NCBI GenBank assembly: GCA_937921305.1
Contig: CAKZSU010000003.1
Span: forward strand, 116,599 to 180,598
Reading direction: 5' to 3'
Length of the DNA stretch: 64,000 nt
DNA from: an uncultured Patescibacteria group bacterium
GTDB taxonomy: Bacteria > Patescibacteriota > Microgenomatia > UBA10105 > UBA927
This document shows, piece by piece, positions 60,117 to 64,000 of the stretch (position 1 is its first letter; each line of letters opens with the position of its first letter). A model generated the notes under the pieces. The model saw nothing but the letters and a program-made list of their open reading frames with translations. It ran no database searches and had not been told where the DNA came from. Made by a program: the position numbers and the translations under genes.

Positions 60117-61417
60117 AACCGTTTTTTAAATTTTTCTCTCCCTTCACTAGCTCGTTTTTGATTTGAAATGATTGCAATCTCTTTCTTTTCAAATACGAAC
60201 GAATCATCCGGTATATCCGCTTGAATCATTATCCCGGCTCCCACAAACGATCCTTTCCCTATTTTCACCCCGGGCATAATCGAAGTATTGACACCAATGC
60301 GAACATCTTTTCCAATGATCGATCCCAGTTTTACTCGCTGTGTCGATATTATCTTCCCTTTAACCGTGGAAAAAATTTCTCCTTCATCAAGACGGAGATT
60401 CGCCAAGACTGTGCCTGATCCCATACTCACATTTCGTTCAATCACACTATCACCGATGTAATTACTATGAAACCAACAAGAATCGCCTATATACGATCGC
60501 GTAATATCTGTGTTAAATCCGGTTACACAATTCATGCCAATCATACTCTGTCGAATAACATTGTTGTTCCCAATGATCGTATTATCTCCGACATATGCAG
60601 GTCCAGTAATTTTCGTATGCTCAAAAATCTTAACATTGTTTCCAATATACACCGGCCCTTCAATAACGACATTCGATCGAATATCACATCCCTCTCCTGT
60701 GGAAAGCGTTATTTCGCGCAAAAGCGCTTCCACAACATCCAACACATGCCATGGATATTTCAACGACGCAAACGGTCCATCATACGGAACCATCACGCAT
60801 CGCTCCTCGTTCATAAGCATGGATAATGCTTCTTCATACCTCGCGTCCAAATCTCCTTGCGCTCGCTTGAGCATAGCAAAAAATTTGGCAATGTCAGAAA
60901 AATAATGTCCTGAAATTGTCACAAATGGACTTGGGATATTTTCAGGGTATGGTTTTTCGATAATCTCCACAACGCGATCGCCATCCAACCGAAGATATCC
61001 GCCGGGAAAATATCGAGATGGTTTCCATCCGGGGATCGCGCATGCCGCGCCGGACGACTGTCCAACTTCTACCACGCGTTGAGGCAACGATGGATCAAAT
61101 ATATCATCGGCAATCAAGATCAATACTTCATTCGTTTGTATTTCATGCTTCGCCATCAATACAGCGTCTGCCATACCTTTTGCTTCTTGTTGCAGAACAA
61201 TCTTTGTTGGAAAAGAAACATTGATAGCGCGCAACTCCTCATAGTTATCAGGACTCACAACTATCACGACCTCTTTTGTCTGTTTCGGAAGAACACGAAC
61301 AACAGAATACTCGAATAGCGGTTTGCCTACAAACGGAAAAAGAATCTTATTCGTTGAAAGGGGCCAACATCGAGATCCGGATCCTCCAGCGAGAACCAAC
61401 ACGGTGAGATTGTTCAT
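60113..61417 (-). CDS. bifunctional sugar-1-phosphate nucleotidyltransferase / left-handed beta-helix (GlmU-like)
   Basis: N-terminal LVLAGGSGSRCWPLS NTP-transferase motif and C-terminal hexapeptide repeats (IGDNTIIGNNNVI...). Confidence 0.75.
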   Translation of the reverse strand: MNNLTVLVLAGGSGSRCWPLSTNKILFPFVGKPLFEYSVVRVLPKQTKEVVIVVSPDNYEELRAINVSFPTKIVLQQEAKGMADAVLMAKHEIQTNEVLILIADDIFDPSLPQRVVEVGQSSGAACAIPGWKPSRYFPGGYLRLDGDRVVEIIEKPYPENIPSPFVTISGHYFSDIAKFFAMLKRAQGDLDARYEEALSMLMNEERCVMVPYDGPFASLKYPWHVLDVVEALLREITLSTGEGCDIRSNVVIEGPVYIGNNVKIFEHTKITGPAYVGDNTIIGNNNVIRQSMIGMNCVTGFNTDITRSYIGDSCWFHSNYIGDSVIERNVSMGSGTVLANLRLDEGEIFSTVKGKIISTQRVKLGSIIGKDVRIGVNTSIMPGVKIGKGSFVGAGIMIQADIPDDSFVFEKKEIAIISNQKRASEGREKFKKRL

Positions 61418-62751
61418 ACATCATCCTCCTTTACTCGTTCTATATTCGCGCCAAGCGATCGCAACTTGTCTTCAATCCGTTCGTATCCTCTATCAATATT
61501 TTCTCCTTCATATAAATAACTTTCCCCTTCTGCAGATAACGCGGCAAGAATCAGTGTCGCTCCAGCGCGAATGTCATCCATTTCAACGACAGCGTTATGA
61601 AGACGCGTTGGTCCATGAATTTCAATCGCTTGATAGATTCCCTCGATACGATCTTTCCAACGAAAATTATAGAATGTTTCCGGATCGGATACACGGGGAT
61701 CGTAAAATCGAATATCCGCGCCCATCTTCAATAAATGCTTTACGTACGAAAACCTATTCTCAAACACCGCTTCATGCAAACGAGATACGCCATCAGCCTG
61801 CGTCATAAATACCGCCCATGGTCCCTGCCAATCTGTCATAAATCCGGGATGCGGTCTTGTTTCAATATCCACGGGAAAAATCCGTTCTTTTACTCGATAT
61901 CGCGTCGTGTATTCATCGATTGCATCAACAATGCCTCCCGCTTTTTCAAACGCATCGAGAAACGCGGATAAGTGCGGTCTCTGAGAATCGTGAACAACAA
62001 TATCTCCTTGCGTCATGCCCGCGGCTATTGCAAAAGTAACTTCTTCGTTTCTGTCTCCCATGATAGTGTATTCCGCTCCGTGCAACGAATCGACGCCATC
62101 AATCACAATACTACCCGATGCTGTTCGCTCAATGCGCGCGCCCATTTGACAAAGTAACGCGATAAGATCATCAATCTCCACCTCTTTCGCAGCGTTTTCA
62201 ATAACCGTTGTTCCTTTCGCAAGAACCGCCGCCAGAATTATGGCTTCTGTTCCTGTATGCGTATTCTTTTCAAACCGAATTGTCGTTCCGCGAAGACTAT
62301 TTGAATGAGCGTGAAAGTACCCATCTGAAGAATCGTACTCAATATCCGCGCCCATTGCCCGCAGCGCGTCGATATGACGATCGATTGGTCTTGCGCCAAT
62401 CCTGCACCCACCAGGATTTGGAATGGTTGCCTTATATCTTCTCGCAAGTAACGGACCTAATACAAGGGATGATGTTCTCAATCTCGAGCCGACTTCAAGA
62501 GGAACAAGCGTCTCTCCATTTCCTCTGTATAAAAGCGTAACCGTGTTTTCTTCCATAGTCACAGACACGCCAAGCTCGCTCATAACTTCCGCCATCATCG
62601 TTATGTCCCGAATATGAGGGACATTATGAAGAATGATCTTTTCCTCCGTGAGGAGCGCGGCAACGAACATTTTGAGCGCAACATTCTTCGCTCCTTGCAA
62701 TCGAATATCTCCTTTGAGAGAAACACCGCCGTTAATGATAAATTTTTCCAT
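61414..62751 (-). CDS. murA: UDP-N-acetylglucosamine 1-carboxyvinyltransferase
   Basis: MEKFIINGG...LQGAKNVALK and an active-site Cys loop NPGGCRIGARPIDRH. Confidence 0.9.
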   Translation of the reverse strand: MEKFIINGGVSLKGDIRLQGAKNVALKMFVAALLTEEKIILHNVPHIRDITMMAEVMSELGVSVTMEENTVTLLYRGNGETLVPLEVGSRLRTSSLVLGPLLARRYKATIPNPGGCRIGARPIDRHIDALRAMGADIEYDSSDGYFHAHSNSLRGTTIRFEKNTHTGTEAIILAAVLAKGTTVIENAAKEVEIDDLIALLCQMGARIERTASGSIVIDGVDSLHGAEYTIMGDRNEEVTFAIAAGMTQGDIVVHDSQRPHLSAFLDAFEKAGGIVDAIDEYTTRYRVKERIFPVDIETRPHPGFMTDWQGPWAVFMTQADGVSRLHEAVFENRFSYVKHLLKMGADIRFYDPRVSDPETFYNFRWKDRIEGIYQAIEIHGPTRLHNAVVEMDDIRAGATLILAALSAEGESYLYEGENIDRGYERIEDKLRSLGANIERVKEDDV

Positions 62752-62752
62752 A

Positions 62753-63730
62753 TTAAAATTCTCCGATTTTTACAATTTCTTCTTCTAATTCTACGCCAAA
62801 TTTCTTTTTGACCTCAGCTTGTATGTGCGCGATAAGATCCAAAACTTCTTTTGCTGTCACGCCGCCAAGATTCACAATAAAATTCGCGTGCACTGGAGAA
62901 ACCTGTGCTCTTCCAATCGTATACCCTTTTAATCCAGCGTGATCGATAAGATATCCCGCCGATGTGGTATAAAGCGGCGTTGGGATCATCATCGCCTTCG
63001 CTTTGCTAATATTTTGAAATGTGCATCCAAGGGATAACACCCCTTGCGGTTGGGTTCTCCGTCTATATGCCATGCTTCGATTTGCGATATTCCATAAAAC
63101 CTCTCGCGTCGATCGCTTCAAAACAAATGTAGCTGATAGGACAACATCTTTTGTTTTTTGGATAATACTTGAGCCATAGGAAAATTGAAAATACGAACGA
63201 GGAACGACCATACCCTCTCCTTGTGGCGTAATAATTTCCGCGCTGTACACCACATCCCCAACATATCCTTCCGGATTTGTCCATTTTGAATTCATATACA
63301 TTGCTCCTCCCACAGTCCCCGGAAGTCCAAGATGCATCTCCACTCCTTGATACCCTTCTTCTATGCAATATCGAACAAATGCGTTAAAAATAACGCCAGA
63401 GTCAGCTTTTACATAAACATCTTCAGCATATTGACCTGATTTATATTTCCCCTTCATACCTTTCACGGCAATCTCTCGCGTCATATTCCGAATCACCAAT
63501 CCTCGCACGCCTTTATCGCCAATAAGGGCGTTTGATCCTCCCCCAAGAATCGTGTATGGCACGCCATAGCGTATTGCTTCAAGAATCGCTCGTTTGAGTG
63601 TGTCTCGCGTTTTTGCCTCGATAAACAAATCCGCCGGACCGCCAATTTTCATTGTTGTGTATGGAGCCAACACAACATTTGATCGGCACTCTGGACCTAA
63701 CGCGTGTTGCAATGCGAAAAGACTATCCAT
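62753..63730 (-). CDS. murB: UDP-N-acetylenolpyruvoylglucosamine reductase
   Basis: FAD-binding domain (ILGGGSNAL) and a MurB C-terminal domain. Confidence 0.85.
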   Translation of the reverse strand: MDSLFALQHALGPECRSNVVLAPYTTMKIGGPADLFIEAKTRDTLKRAILEAIRYGVPYTILGGGSNALIGDKGVRGLVIRNMTREIAVKGMKGKYKSGQYAEDVYVKADSGVIFNAFVRYCIEEGYQGVEMHLGLPGTVGGAMYMNSKWTNPEGYVGDVVYSAEIITPQGEGMVVPRSYFQFSYGSSIIQKTKDVVLSATFVLKRSTREVLWNIANRSMAYRRRTQPQGVLSLGCTFQNISKAKAMMIPTPLYTTSAGYLIDHAGLKGYTIGRAQVSPVHANFIVNLGGVTAKEVLDLIAHIQAEVKKKFGVELEEEIVKIGEF

Positions 63731-63736
63731 ATGCTG

Positions 63737-64000
63737 TTATTGTTTTTGTATCGCTTCTTTCATATAACGACCAATATCGCCAGCGCCAAGAGAAAGAATA
63801 ATATCATGTTTTGACCACGATTGCTCTAAAAAATCTTTTACTGACGAATAAAAAAATACAAAAGGATGATGCTTTTGCGCTTCTTTAACAACCGTCTCGC
63901 TCTGCATCTTTTGCTTTTTTTCCCGCGCTGACGCGTAAATTGGCAAAATACCAACAGTATCTGCTTCGATGAACGCCATTCCAAATTCTTTCAGCAACGA
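63737..64000 (-). CDS. murC: UDP-N-acetylmuramate--L-alanine ligase, C-terminal fragment (gene continues beyond the window end)
   Basis: Mur ligase C-terminal domain ending ...ILSLGAGDIGRY. The frame is open to the window edge. Confidence 0.6.
   Translation of the reverse strand, partial: SLLKEFGMAFIEADTVGILPIYASAREKKQKMQSETVVKEAQKHHPFVFFYSSVKDFLEQSWSKHDIILSLGAGDIGRYMKEAIQKQ

Noticed and set aside
1-64000. CRISPR arrays, transposases, integrases or restriction-modification systems
   Set aside because: No regularly spaced short repeats and no recognisable DDE transposase, tyrosine or serine recombinase, or DNA methyltransferase motifs in any frame.

Overview
The window is a low-GC (roughly 40%), gene-dense bacterial chromosome segment. 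Almost all genes lie on the minus strand and TGA is a stop codon, so the standard code applies. By inference it resembles a small-genome Gram-positive-type or CPR/Patescibacteria-like organism, but taxonomy is uncertain.

Recognisable content, in order:
- Partial dnaE, a frameshifted corA, and the gatCAB operon.
- A murT-gatD pair (lipid II isoglutamine amidation) with a co-oriented unknown gene.
- An N-domain-less ClpB, htpX-lemA, and PolX.
- tRNA-Asp, a LysM protein, tRNA-Gly and tRNA-Thr, RadC, a cytoplasmic NlpC/P60-like protein and an Ig-like membrane protein.
- An ~14 kb surface-glycosylation island: O-antigen-ligase-like protein, GT2, four consecutive polytopic GT-C-like membrane proteins, GT4, SAM-methyltransferase, GT4, GT2, SDR epimerase and GT2.
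- A strongly AT-rich stretch holding that last GT2 and a multiply disrupted BNR-propeller / PT-linker / lipase fusion pseudogene.
- tRNA-Val, lepB, parB, the rplU-(THUMP methyltransferase)-rpmA unit, rodA, and ileS preceded by a clear T-box leader.
- A 1028-aa polytopic membrane protein plus GT2.
- A ~1.7 kb GC-rich island (lipoprotein plus membrane protein) flanked by short imperfect direct repeats and followed by ~0.9 kb of hairpin-rich non-coding DNA.
- A dcw-type cluster on the minus strand: murC(partial)-murB-murA, four amino-sugar genes (NDP-sugar transferase/LbH, alpha/beta hydrolase, DegT aminotransferase, DUF360), femAB, dgkA, mraY, ftsW, murG, ftsQ, ftsA, ftsZ.

The most notable items are the tandem GT-C glycosylation locus, the composition-deviant islands, the T-box, the gene lesions, and the Gram-positive-type peptidoglycan tailoring genes (murT/gatD plus femAB). 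No CRISPR, defence system or transposase is recognisable.
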